64,000 bases of DNA from Podarcis liolepis. Taxonomy: Eukaryota. A program made the translations under genes and the position numbers. Under the pieces are notes generated by a model. The model worked only from the letters and a program-made list of their open reading frames with translations. It did not search any database and had not been told where the DNA came from. Each line of letters begins with the position of its first letter. The stretch's first letter is position 1. Shown here piece after piece: positions 1-12,123 of this stretch. The stretch lies in assembly GCA_965112155.1 (NCBI GenBank), contig OZ218098.1. One strand, given 5' to 3'.

Positions 1-3000
1 AATGACTTATGCAACCTTTCACCAAACTGTACTTGTATATACAGAGTGGTCAATGTTAAGGTTGGGTGTGGGTTGGTTGGTTGGTTGGTTGGTTGGATGG
101 ATGGTAGAAAGCTGGTTGCGTTTGGTGTGTGTAAAGCTGACGGTCATGGTTGGAAAAGAAGACTTTTTAAGAATCAAAGCAGCAATACTCTGCAAGAATA
201 CTCTTTCACAAAGACTCTTTTGTGCCAACTAAGGTCTGTGGACCAGGCAAAGGGGTAAAATGGAGGTCAGAACCTTTCCCCCCCCCAAACACTGACAAGA
301 TTGAGGGGCGCATGGCTGTTGTGTCCTCCTCACACTGCCCTCCCAGCCCTGAGCCACTTTGCAAGGCTGGGATGATCCAAGGGCCGCGTCGGCCAGCCAG
401 GCTCCCCCCTGCACAGGAGGAGAAGGGAGTGCAGCACAGCCCCTCCTGGCTCTGGTGGGGGGTCGCTTCAGTGGCATTTGTGGTGAGGACTGGGCTGGGC
501 TGGCAGGTCCCACTCACCCTCCATGCCCTGCCTCAAGCTCTGGCAAGTCAAGGCAGCAAACTCCCTGCCATCTACCTCTCCCTGAACCACTTGCATCTTC
601 AGTGTACTATTAAAAAAATTAATCCCAAACTTTACCATCCTGTTGCAGGCTATCAGTTCCTCCCACTGTATGGATTTGACAGAGCCTGTCATTTCACATA
701 TTATATTATTGAAGAAAAAAAGCTCTCTTAAAAGCTATAATATGATCTACTTTTTTCCCATACCATCTTAAAGAAATGAGTCAGTTCACTCTAAGGCCAT
801 TTAACAAAGAGAACAAAATGACCAGGATCCTGTCATCTCTTGATCATTATCAGCTGCTATGATTAAGCTCCTCTCCAAACTCTTGACAACCGGGTTCCCT
901 CTTTTGTCAATGTCTAAAGGCACATGCACATTGGGATGCTGCTGTAATACAATTTCTACCCATGATATCAACTGAAAAAGCCTCTCCTATTCATCTCTTA
1001 TTAGTGGTTGTGTGTTTTTTTTAACCAATATGCATTGCACACATCCTTCTCTTTACAGCCTTCCAAAGTCTGCTGATGGTTAGATAATTCATTTGCCAAC
1101 ATGTGGCATATTACATCAAGCTATTAGGAAGCTGCAATCTGACTTGATTAAGTCACTAAGTGGCTGATAGCAGCAAGGGTCCCATTGTGTAGGGATGAAA
1201 TCTTCCATTTATTCACTTCTGTGAGCACATGACTGTGTCAGAGTGGCCTGTTCTGAGCAGCATTAGACCACCACATACCTTCCTCATTTAAGCATTTACT
1301 GCAACTGCCTCACTGTGAATTGAAGGCTACCTGCATAATTGTTTTCCATGTAAAGCCTCTGGCAATGTTTCAAGGGGCATATAATTCAAGGAGTGTATAA
1401 AGACCTGCCTGACCTCAGCCATGGACCACAGAAGGAGCAGCTGTAGGGAAGGAAGGACTGAGGTCCAGTGGCTGAGTACATCCTTTGCATATAAAAAGTT
1501 CCATTTTCAATCTGCTATTAGCCAACAGCAATTGGGTGTATAGATATAGATCTGGAGTAAACTGCATAGAATCCTGAAGGAACCCTTGAGAGTTCTATTA
1601 TATTTTATATTTTAGTGGGATGTGTGAACAAAAAGATATTTAACAGAAGCACAAATCCCAAGAGCATTCAACTGGGAAAAGCTTGGTGCTCCTCCTCTTT
1701 TGAACTTTTTCTTTATGGGACAAATGTCAAAATTTATTTATGATATTCCTGCTTATGAGAATCAAACATAGCCAAGGTGAATTTGTTCAAAAGCTGTAAC
1801 CCCCCCCCCCCCGCCCCCAAGTTCTTTGGAGCAATTTTTTTTTCACCTTTTAAGATTTTTTATTGAGATTTTCCAATAATACATTAAAATTACAACTCTT
1901 GGGCGATGAATTAAGAGATGTCGTAGATCCTAGTTCATTTATGATGGGGGGGGGGGACTGTGAAATGTTGAAGCTGTATTGCTGGACTTTCCAATGAATG
2001 TGCAATGATTAATTAAGTTAGTATTAAAGATTTTGCATTTCACCATTCTGGCATTATCAAGTTTCTCCTAGTTTTTCCTCCAGCCCCTGTTTCTTCTTGT
2101 ATTTGGGTTAAGTCTCGTGGTTTTCTTTGAAGCAACCCACTTTGTGATCTGAAGATGGGCTAGAAGCACAGAACAGCAGATCCTTCATTGCAATTACATC
2201 CCTTTTTTACTATGCCAGCTTTAAGTTTCTGCAAAAGAGTTGTATGGGTCAAATCTCTTTCCAGTAAATGGTCTAGCCTAGGAGCCAATAGATCTATGGC
2301 TGCTCTAGCTATGCCCACTACCACATTTCCAGGACTTTGGGCTACTGCTGGTGATATCACCTCCAGCAGTATCTTCTCACCAGCCAGCACTTTCAGCAGA
2401 CACAGCAAGGATCCTCTGCAATAACAGAAGTGAGAAGACTGCCCTTCCTCACCCACAATGTAGGAGACCACCCTATCACTTCTGGGATGCAGTTCCATCA
2501 AATAGAAGGCAGCCAGAACTAAGAGTGGCAGATGTATGTTTCCCCATCCATGACATATCTCCAAACCCCATTTAGGCCAAAATCGACCACTGGTGTACAC
2601 AATTTTGCATGCACCTATTTAGATGGAACTCTTAAAGTTGGTGCTGCAGAACGACTAGCAACATTGAAGATAGCTAAAACTTATCAGATGGTGTGGAGAT
2701 CCAGGAAAGCATAGGGGAGAGGGATGTGGTAAAGTCCAACTAATTGAAAAGCCAGAGGCCACAGAGGTGGTGGTTATGAACTGCTACTTGGGAAGTACTG
2801 AAGTGACTACCACAAGTGGGAAATTAAATTCTCCCTTGCTCCAGACTCAAAAGAACAAAATTCAACTCAGCTGCAGATTCCATGGTTTCACAATTACATC
2901 CAATATTGCTCTTCCCATTTGTTCACAAAATATGGATGCAGCACATTAAAGATTCATCCACACAGTCCCCCTTTGCCCTTGCTTCTCCCTTCTTTTCAGA

Positions 3001-5744
3001 GAAGCAATCTTCAAATTATTAGCTTTGTTTGGCAAATAATCATTGCTATCTATAGCAATTACGGCAACGCCAAATTCCCCTGCAGAGATTGCCGAGTCAT
3101 CTGCACCCCAGAAACTTGTTTGGGTTCAAAGGTGTTCATTTTTCTACTCTGCATTGAACACACACACACATACAGTATGAGAAAGACAGAGAAGCAGACA
3201 GGACCAAGGTAGAGACATACAACAGAGACAAAGGAAGGAAGAATAGGAGCGCATTTGTATTACAGTACTACAAACGCTTTGATTGCTCTAATTACACCTA
3301 AAGGAAAACAAAACTGTTTTCCTGGTTGCAAGCGCATGAATAATTAACTGTTGAGGAAGGAAAGAACGAAAGACAGGAAAGCTACAACAGCCTAACAAAG
3401 TCAAGCTGCAGGCAAATCCTCCAGGAACTGAGGCCTGTCATCATCCTCTGCTTGCATTTCAATATAGTTGTGTGAAGGTGATACTGAAAGTTTTGTCTTC
3501 ACCTCCCAGTCCACAAAGCCTGGTCCATAGCTCTCTCATCTCAGGCTATGACTAAGCAAAGAAGAAAATGGATGTGTGGCACATCTGAATTGTGGCTTCC
3601 TCATAAAAGGCAAAGGGCATAATCTGGAGGAAGGTGTCGGGACAGGTAGCCCTTAAGCCCAATTGCCCGGGGGGTGGGGGGTGGGCTGGCATATTTATCT
3701 CCAGGAGTCACACCCTTTACTGAGTTGTTGTGTAGGCAGCGAGCCTGGCATGAGCTCCTGTGGGGTGTAAATTTAATAGAATCAGTAAATAAGCACATGG
3801 AGAGAAGATGGGAGTGCTGGGCTCCAGGCCAGGTGGAGTTTAATGCTCTGCTCTCCTCAGTAAGGATGCACAGTCAAAGACTTATAGTCAGGTTCAGAGA
3901 GCATTAAAGGGCTCAGTTGAGAGACTGAGCTGTTTCTAACACAATCATCCAACTCCTGGGCTCTGTCCATGGTTCTGAAATATCTACCACCCATCTTTCC
4001 AGGAATTCTAATATTGCTTGGACCCTGTCTGTCTCTTTCATGCTCTGCTCTTTGCACTGCCGTATTTGCATCCTCCTGACTTGCCCATGACATTTGTTTT
4101 GCCAGAACAGGACACCAGTATCACAACAGTAGACTCTGCTCCCCTTGCGCACATTCTGACACATACATGCAACGTGCCTATATGTGTAGGTACTTTGCAT
4201 GCATGTGGCAGAATGTTGCTCTCCTGCAAACATTTGGAGTGCCCACCCAGCTGAAAGGGGGTTTTGCCTCTAGTTATTCTGTAACTTTCCTTATGCCACT
4301 TTCAACACTGGAATGCAACATAGTATGCAAACCAACGAGCAACAAAATGAAAAACAATATAAAAATTATATTGCAAATGTTTTTGCCTTCTCATTACTCC
4401 CTTCCTTGAACTCTGCCTACCAACAATGTTCATTTACTACGCTCAGCCAACACTGGAAGCCATCTTTCAGTTAGAGCTGCTGCACAAACATTTTTCTACA
4501 GTTACTGGGGGTTGTTTGCTGGATTTTAATGCACTGCATGTGCTTTCTATTCATTTTTTTAAACAACCTACCTTTATGCTCTTAAAAATGTTGTTTGTGG
4601 GCTTGGATACCTCTTTTGTGTAACACACAACTAACAAGATGAGGAGGAGGAGGAACAATAACAATTTCCACGCATCACCAACAGGCTTCTACTTGATAAA
4701 TCCCTGAGGAATTGAACCCAACATCTCATACCTGCAGAGCCATTGTCCTGGTTCCCATCTTTTAGAAAGCAGGTTCTTAAGCTTGTTGAGCCAATAATCT
4801 GATCTTGTCAGGAGCAGCAACTTATAGTATGATATCAATAATGAAACTCCTGGAAATACAATGGCTACTTTCTGGAGTAATGGAGTGAAAAATAAATGAG
4901 TGTCAAGTTAATAACAATTCCAAGGAGAAACCACAGCTTGTGAGAAGTTTTAATTATAATTCCATCCATTTTTATTGAACCATTGTAGGGCGACTGGGGC
5001 AGAAAATACAACCTGATGCAGATGTGCAAATGGAAACAGGAGATGGATCTATCCTGAACATGGGGTTGAAGGGGAGGGGTGCTCCTTGTTGCAAAGCAGT
5101 AAAAACCCTTCCTAGTAATTAATCAAGTGATCAGAAGCCTCATTTCCCCCCTTACCCATGAGTTCAGCTAACACTGGCATGACATTAAATAACCAGCGGC
5201 TAAATAAAGCAATTTCCAAATTATGGATGTTTAGCAAAATAAATGAACATGCTCAATAAGAAGTGAGGCTGACAAGAGAGAGGGAGAGAATTCATGTGCC
5301 TGGTTATTTATTTATTTCACCTCTGGAAATAAAAGCTTTGTGGAGTTCAAAGCTGCAATTGCTACATGTGCCGTGATGGATTAGCTCTGGTAAGCTGAAA
5401 TAAACAGCCATCTGTCTTCTTGCCCACATTGGTGCGAGCTTACTGTATAGTGCATGGAGACAAAACACACACAAAGCCCCCCCCCCTCACAATTCAGAAT
5501 CTGGGGCTACAGTTGCTGAGCCCTTGCAAAATGACCTGCGGTCCAAATGAAACCAAACAGTGGCTTGGAAAGGCAGACTGCTCCCTGCCACTTTGTTTTT
5601 CTCTCCCAATTCGATGTAAAAACAGATATTTCATAGATTCTTACTACTTTGGGAATATCGCCAGAAACCAAATGTTTTCAAAGGGTCATGAAAACTGAGC
5701 AGGTATTTCTTAAGACTATGTATAGCAGAAAGCATTTCACACAT

Positions 5745-6190
5745 TCTCCTCCTCTCATACAATTCCAAGTGTTGGTTTTAACCTACAAAGCCCTATATGG
5801 CTCAGGGCTCAAATACTGGAGGGGTCACCTCTCCTGACATGATGTGATATTCCTCACCTGCAGCCATTTTCCATATGTCCCTAAAGAAGTCTGGAAGGTA
5901 GAACCACATCCCTAGTGAGGCCTGCCTTACATGAACTGTAAAAACCTTCCAGAACCAAGTTAAGACCTTCTTCTTTTCCCAGGTGTTTGAAAGGTTCTGC
6001 TGTGTCATCATGGCCCATAGACTGCTGAAGTGCTATTGCTGTTGTTGAGGTGATTTGTGATGTTGCTTTTCTTTTAGTTTATTGGCGATAACTAAGCTTT
6101 TAATTTTCTATTTTGATTCTGTCCATTAGTCAGCTAGAGACTGTTTCTATTAGGCAATAAAATAGTAATAATAATAATAGTAATAATAAT
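5745..6190 (+). mobile_element. Degraded L2 LINE 3' fragment
   Basis: Encodes the L2 ORF2 C-terminal motif QFQVLVLTYKALYGSG, then a T-rich 3' UTR and a (TAA)n tail. Confidence 0.7.
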
Positions 6191-7539
6191 GCACGCAGCG
6201 GATGGGTGAACGTTGTGCAACAGAAGAATCTAACGCAATGGTTGTGCTAGCAGAAACTTGCTGCACAACACAATGTGCAATCTATTGCTTCACCAGCAAC
6301 CTGCTTAGGTAGTGTCTCATGCAACAATGTACTCCTGGTGCAAAATATTTCACCAGTTGAACAAGCATGCTGCTAAGTGACTTTAAATTGGAGCTACATT
6401 GGATATAACCCAGAGATTCCTTGTAGCACAGAAGGAGAGAAAGCAAACAAGATGTTCTGTCATATTCTATTGCTTCTTTACAGGTTATCTTTGACTCTAA
6501 AATCCCTTGCCCACCAGGAGATCACTCTAGCCCAGCACTGCATTTCTTCAATCACCTCGAAGTAGCAGCCACTGCAAAGCACACGCCAAGAATGCTACTT
6601 AAGATATAGGCATGTCATCAGTCTCTCCCTAGGATGAAGCTGACACATTATCCAAGGAGCATATCCCACAAGCTGTGCAACACTGTAGATATATTTAAGT
6701 TGGGGGTGGGGTGGGGGTTTAAGAGAAAGAGAAATCTTTCTTTTTCCAAGATCTGAATCTAAAAGGCTTTGCTAGAAGAAGTGGTCTGATACACAAATAT
6801 TGAGAAAAAGAAAACTCTGCACCAGCTTCCCTCATTGGGCTGCTAGATGTTGTCGGACTCAACTCCCATCAGCATGACTAATGGTTGGGGGTGATGGCAG
6901 TTGCGGTCAAAAACATCTGGAGAGCACCAGGTTGCAGAAGATGCTTTACACTTAAAAACCAAGGGTTCTGCTTTGATTGCTGAAGCATGACTGATATTAG
7001 CTGAATTGCATGAGCCATGGGTAATTCCAGACTTATAGAATTTTTGGTTGAAAGTCATAATGGGAAAGATTCCTTTTAATTTTCTTGCTTCTGAGCGGAC
7101 TTTGGTTTTTAATCCTGACATCTATTTTCTGAAGAAGAATAACCTGTCATAGGTAAACTTCTCTTGGAATCAGACACTAGGAAAAGATATAACATTGTCT
7201 CTGCACCCAAGCTTCTCTGGTGGTCACAACTTCACTCTTAAGGACATAATGTAGAATTAGTAACAATCTCTCTCCAGAATGATGCCCTGCCTTGTTGGTT
7301 GTGGGGTTGGAATAGGGATAGTTGGGTCAGTCTAGTTCCTGCCTATGTACATGTGTTCATTCATAAACCTGCTCTGCCACATTGATGCAATAAACTGTGA
7401 CAGTTTTTCCTGATGGGAAAGAAACATGAGGCCAAAGCAGCTGGAAAGAGAAGCTGGCAGTGGCACTTGGCTATCCATTTAGCTATAGCCCATTTTTATA
7501 GCTACATTCCCATAGTTACCACCTCCTTGGTACATCAGT

Positions 7540-7686
7540 TCATAGAATCATAGAATTGCAGAGTGGGAAGGAACCAGGAGGATCATCTAATCCAACCCAG
7601 CAAGACAAGGATCTTTCACTCAATGTGTGGCTCGAACCCACAACCCTGAGATTAACAGTCTCATTCTCTACTGACTGAGCTATCCC
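7540..7686 (-). mobile_element. tRNA-Lys-derived SINE with CR1-type 3' end
   Basis: Minus-strand head GGGATAGCTCAGTCAGTAGAGAATGAGACTGTTAATCTCAGGGTTGTGGGTTCGAGCC resembles tRNA-Lys(CTT) with A/B boxes. It ends in the CR1 octamer tail ATTCTATGATTCTATG. Confidence 0.85.
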
Positions 7687-8732
7687 TCAAGGACTTACTT
7701 GTCTTTCCATGCATCTTTCAATGCTTATCTTCCACTTTGCTTTCTTAGGGTCCCTTCTCTTATTCCAAAGTGCCTCCATACAATGTAACCCAGGGCATTC
7801 CCTGAAGTATGTGTGCCAGGGGTCACACAGAGCATGCCATAGCACCACTTGGTACAACCATAGTTTTCCAATAACCGTAGAGGCACTTTTCCAGCTCCAC
7901 CCCTACCTGCTTCTGATAATAGCTACTGAGAAGCCACAGCTTTGCCTGTCAGAGGCATTGGGTCATGTTACATCCTCCTGAGTGTTGACAGAATGTCCAG
8001 TGTGGTGGAGTCACTTGAGACTCTGCAGCACAGACCAAAAGGATATATCTCTCACTGAGCTTCCTTAGTATTTTATTTGTCTCACCTTCACTGCTTTTTT
8101 GTGACCTAATGGCCCAGGGCTGTGGTTATACTAATGACTTTTCTATACTGAAGCCACAGAGCGTGGAGTGTTTTCAGAGAGGTTAGCAGACTGGAGAGTA
8201 ATTCAAAAGCAAAACAAAACTAGCAGTTGAATTTCAGCTTCTCTGCCCATCTCATCAGCATTTCCTGATTCAAATCTAGACAGATTACCATCATACAGTG
8301 CCTAGAGACAACAAAGCAGAAGTAGCGATCAGACATAGGACAGAGCATGTACACATAAATGCCACATGCATGATCTTGATATTGCTAATATAACTTGATA
8401 GAAAGCAGACTGCTCCCATATGGAGTCAATAAGGTCTGCTTGTCAAGCGAATATCAGCGATCTGAGCCTAAATATGGATGCTCATTCTTCTGTCACATTG
8501 AATGGTTACAATTCTCTTTGCCCAAAATAAGGCACATTGCCATGCAGTATGCTGTTAAACGGCTATTTTGAGGTTGCTAGTGGAGTTTATTTGGTCCCAA
8601 GGCTTAGCCCTAGAATGTTTTCCCACTGCCACTGTTCAAAAGTGTGGAATGCTTTTGAGAAGGTACAGAATGCCATTTGAGTAACAACCTCCAACTATTC
8701 ATTATCTGGGATTTAGGGGGGCAAAGGGGACA

Positions 8733-8749
8733 ATTATTATTATTATTAT

Positions 8750-8784
<35 letters not shown>
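8733..8784. repeat. Compound (TAT)n(TAG)n microsatellite
   Basis: Direct reading. Confidence 0.95.
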
Positions 8785-9210
8785 TACTGGCCTTTACCTG
8801 TAGATCTCTGGGTGGTTCACAGCATAAAAAGGTAATGGGTGTTATATTTAGACTGGCATGCTGACACTACCAGCAAGATTCAGGTAGGTAGCCAACTACC
8901 ATATTTTGACTACCAGCAAGGATTTCCAGCTTTCCTTTTGGTAGGTTTCCATTGCCTAAAACAGTTGCCAAGTACACAGAAATATAGTGGGAGACACTTT
9001 CCCAATGACTCATCTCCATGCCAGAAAAAGCTTTATCCACCAACTTTCTGCCTATCAGATAGTTGTTGAAGTTACAAGAGGACCCTATCATGAGAAAGAA
9101 AAGCTGTTAGTTCTATTCTCCTATCCTTATCTGAGTTAAATATTCTTCCACCTCCTGTAGGTTAGTATTGCCTACACCAACTGGCAGTGGCTCTTTAGTA
9201 TTTTGGATAA

Positions 9211-9456
9211 GGGAGCCAGTGTGGTGTAGTGGTTAAGAGCGGTAGACTTGTAATCTGGGGAACTGGGTTCACGTCTCCACTTCTCCACATGCAGCTGCTG
9301 GGTGACCTTGGACCAGTCACACTTCTCTGAAGTCTCTCAGCCCCACTCACCTCACAGAGTGTTTGTTGTGGGGGAGGAAGGGAAAGGAGAATGTTAGCCG
9401 CTTTGAGACTCCTTCAGGTAGTGATAAAGTGGGATATCATATCCAAACTCTTCTTC
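9211..9456 (+). mobile_element. Full-length tRNA-derived SINE, Squam3-like
   Basis: A box (TGGTGTAGTGG), B-box-like GGTTCACGTCTCC, MIR-like core gtgaccttggaccagtcac, and a (CTT)n tail. It interrupts an older minus-strand SINE (about 9150-9210 and 9457-9530). Confidence 0.8.
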
Positions 9457-9651
9457 CCCAGCCCGAGTTAGTAATGTTAGGGATTGAACCGTGGACCTTC
9501 TGGATGCAAAGCATGTGCTCTGCAGCTCTTCCCAAAACACTGCCTCTTAGGCTAACAACCTCATGGGGTTGCTGTGAGAGTCATGTATCATGCTTGGATA
9601 TCCTTGGAGGAAGGCTGGGATATAAAAGTGATAAGTAAGTAAGTAAATGAT

Positions 9652-10012
9652 GGGACGCGGGTGGCGCTGTGGGTAAAACCTCAGCGCCTAGGACTTGCTG
9701 ATCGCATGGTCAGCAGTTCGAATCCCCGTGGCGGGGTGAGCTCCTGTTGTTCGGTCCCAGCTCCTGCCCACCTATCAGTTCAAAAGCACCCTTAAGTGCA
9801 AGTAGATAAATAGGTACCGCTTTCTAGCGGGAAGGTAAACGGCGTTCCGTGTGCTGCTCTGGTGCCGGTTCGCCGGAGCAGCTTCGTCACGCTGGCCACG
9901 TGACCTGGAAGTGTCTGCAGACAGCGCTGGCTCCCAGCCTCTAGAGTGAGATGAGCACACAACCCTAGAGTCTGTCAAGACTGGCCCGTATGGGCAGGGG
10001 TATCTTTACCTT

Positions 10013-10013
<1 letters not shown>
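9652..10013 (+). mobile_element. Full-length Sauria SINE (Squam1/lacertid type)
   Basis: Starts GGGACGCGGGTGGCGCTGTGG, has B box GTTCGAATCCC, a CpG-rich body and a terminal (ACCTTT)-type tail; about 360 bp. Confidence 0.9.

Positions 10014-10058
<45 letters not shown>
10014..10058. repeat. (AAGT)n microsatellite
   Basis: Direct reading; about 11 units immediately 3' of the Sauria SINE. Confidence 0.95.
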
Positions 10059-10060
<2 letters not shown>

Positions 10061-11331
10061 TAGGGTGTGTCTGTGTGAAGGCACTCCTATTAATAGGAAG
10101 GAAAGTCTGATCCATATTGCTTTATGAAATAATGTATTAGCAGATAAAAGCTCCAGGTGCTTATGAAGTATCTCAGTCAGGAAAACCACAAGTTCATTGG
10201 CAAACAGCTACTGGACTGTCTATTGGCTTGCCAACTTCTGTATTGTATGACTGATTAGGGATTGCAGACATCAGGAAAGACCCATCATCAGGTCCTGTGC
10301 AGAAATTGTCAATTGCCAAGGAAGGAAGGATCTCTGCAGTACATGCCAGGCCCGGCAGTTGCCCAAATGATGTAGCTAACAGTAGCAAGACAGTCTTTCA
10401 AAGGTTACAATAAGGAGAGGCGGAAGGCAAATCTGCAATAGACATCAGGTCTGCAGGAAGGAAACGAACTGTGCAACCCCAGACATGTCTACTCAAAAGT
10501 AGGTTCCACTGAGTTCAGTGAGACTTCATCTCATGTAAGAATGCTGTCTAAGCAAGGCAAACTTGATTATGGCTATAGTATATGCATTAAACAATATTTG
10601 TTAACTCCCATTTCATTTTCTGCTGGTCTTTTGATTTAGCAGAGTCCCATCCTTAAAACGAATCCCTAATTAGCTTTTATGATAAATGGTATATTTATTT
10701 CCAGTTACCATTTCAGCAGCCCTAATGGAGGCTTGTGCAACAGCCAAAAACAAACCAAAAGAGAGAGCGAGAAAGAGAGATGCAGGAGTTTCGACCTGAC
10801 AGGTTATTTTGCTGCAGTAATTAACCAGGAGTTAACAAAAATACATTGCTGCATTATTTATTCCCAGCTCAGCATTGGTACTTCTGTGTGTCCAAGTGAC
10901 TTGGAAATACTTCCACTTAACCAGGAAGATTTGCAGTAGTAAGATAATAAGTTCATAATAGTACACGGCTCACCTTTTTCCCCAAAGAGTTTCCATTAAT
11001 GGATCTGAAAGTGTAATGGGAACTGTTTATTACCTGCTGAGCTACGGTGGGAAATGCAACAAATATTTAATGGCTGTCCATTTATTTACTCACCACAGAA
11101 ATGCAGACATTTCACTTTAGATGGTAAGGTCATAAGCATCTGAGGCTTATACAAGCTCTGTGCAGACTGTCAACCAGGGATAAGATGTGAGGAAGGCATA
11201 GGCATTCACTGTCCTTACCCATGTCACAGTTCTTCTTTTTTAAAAAAAATACTTGCATTTTCAAAAACAGGAACAGAGAGCATATTTAACCCCCTCCCCT
11301 CCCCCTGTCCCACTTACAGCTTTGTACCCTA

Positions 11332-11701
11332 GTGGTCCCGGGCCCTAAGGAAGTTAGATTAGCTTCAACCAGAGCCAGGGCCTTTTCAACACTGGCTCTG
11401 GCCTGGTGGAACGCTCTGCCTCATGAGACCAGGGCCCTGCAGGATCTGATTTCTTTCCACAGGGCCCGTAAGACAGAGTTGTTCCGCCTGGCCTTTGGCT
11501 TGGAGCCAATTTGATTCCCTCCCCCTCCTTTTTTCTTTTCCCTTTCTCCTCCTGTGATGAGGCTGCATTTTAATATTTTAATGTTTCAATATTTTAATTG
11601 TTGTATTTTAATCTTGTTTTTAAGTTGTATTCATTCAACTTGTTTTTATTATTGTTTGTTAGCCGCCCTGAGCCCAGCCTTGGCTGGGGAGGGAGGGGTA
11701 T

Positions 11702-11756
<55 letters not shown>

Positions 11757-11766
11757 ATTATTATTA
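11332..11766 (+). mobile_element. 5'-truncated L2 LINE (ORF2 C-terminus, 3' UTR, (TTA)n tail)
   Basis: Peptide RARAFSTLALAWWNALPHETRALQDLISFHRARKTELFRLAF fits the L2 C-terminal RAFS..AP.LWN.LP...F...KT.LF..AF pattern; terminal stem-loop region, then (TTA)n. Confidence 0.85.
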
Positions 11767-11789
11767 CCAAATACAGCATGTATGCATAT

Positions 11790-12123
11790 ACCATATGACT
11801 CCCCTTCCACACTTTTCCTGGTTCCTTTGCTTTTCTACTACTCTACATAATGTTTTTAATCATCCAATTTGTTATCTATTAAATACTCTATTTCAACTCT
11901 GTTGCATCTACTCAAGACTTGCTAAACTATGTATTTGTTTATACTGGTTCTTAAAATATTCAATAAACATCGTCCATTCCTCCTTATATTCCTTATCTTC
12001 ATTTTCTCTTATCCTGTTCATCAGACCAGCCAGTTCAGCATATTCAAACATTTTACCTTGCCATTCTTCCTTAGCGGGTACTACATTTGTTCTCCACCTT
12101 TGTGCCAATAAGGTTCTAGCTGC
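11790..12123 (-). mobile_element. L1-clade LINE 3' fragment (ORF2 C-terminus and part of 3' UTR)
   Basis: AARTLLAQRWRTNVVPAKEEWQGKMFEYAELA...EEWTMFIEYF resembles the squamate L1 ORF2 C-terminus (AAR.L.A..WK....P...EW); stop at 11908. Confidence 0.75.

Noticed and set aside
222-731. 169-aa ORF in a GC-rich patch
   Set aside because: Overlapping open frames on both strands reflect GC-rich, stop-poor, probably repeat-derived sequence; no protein family similarity.
2160-2600. 146-aa minus-strand ORF; considered as a retrocopy or endogenous viral fragment
   Set aside because: No recognisable domain; only a trivial few-residue resemblance (AIDLLAPR) to a bornavirus N motif; no splice signals, poly(A) or TSD. 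A tblastn/HHpred search would settle it.
7610-7686. tRNA-Lys-like sequence
   Set aside because: Anticodon loop and acceptor stem are mutated and it is fused to a CR1 tail; it is a SINE head, not a tRNA gene.
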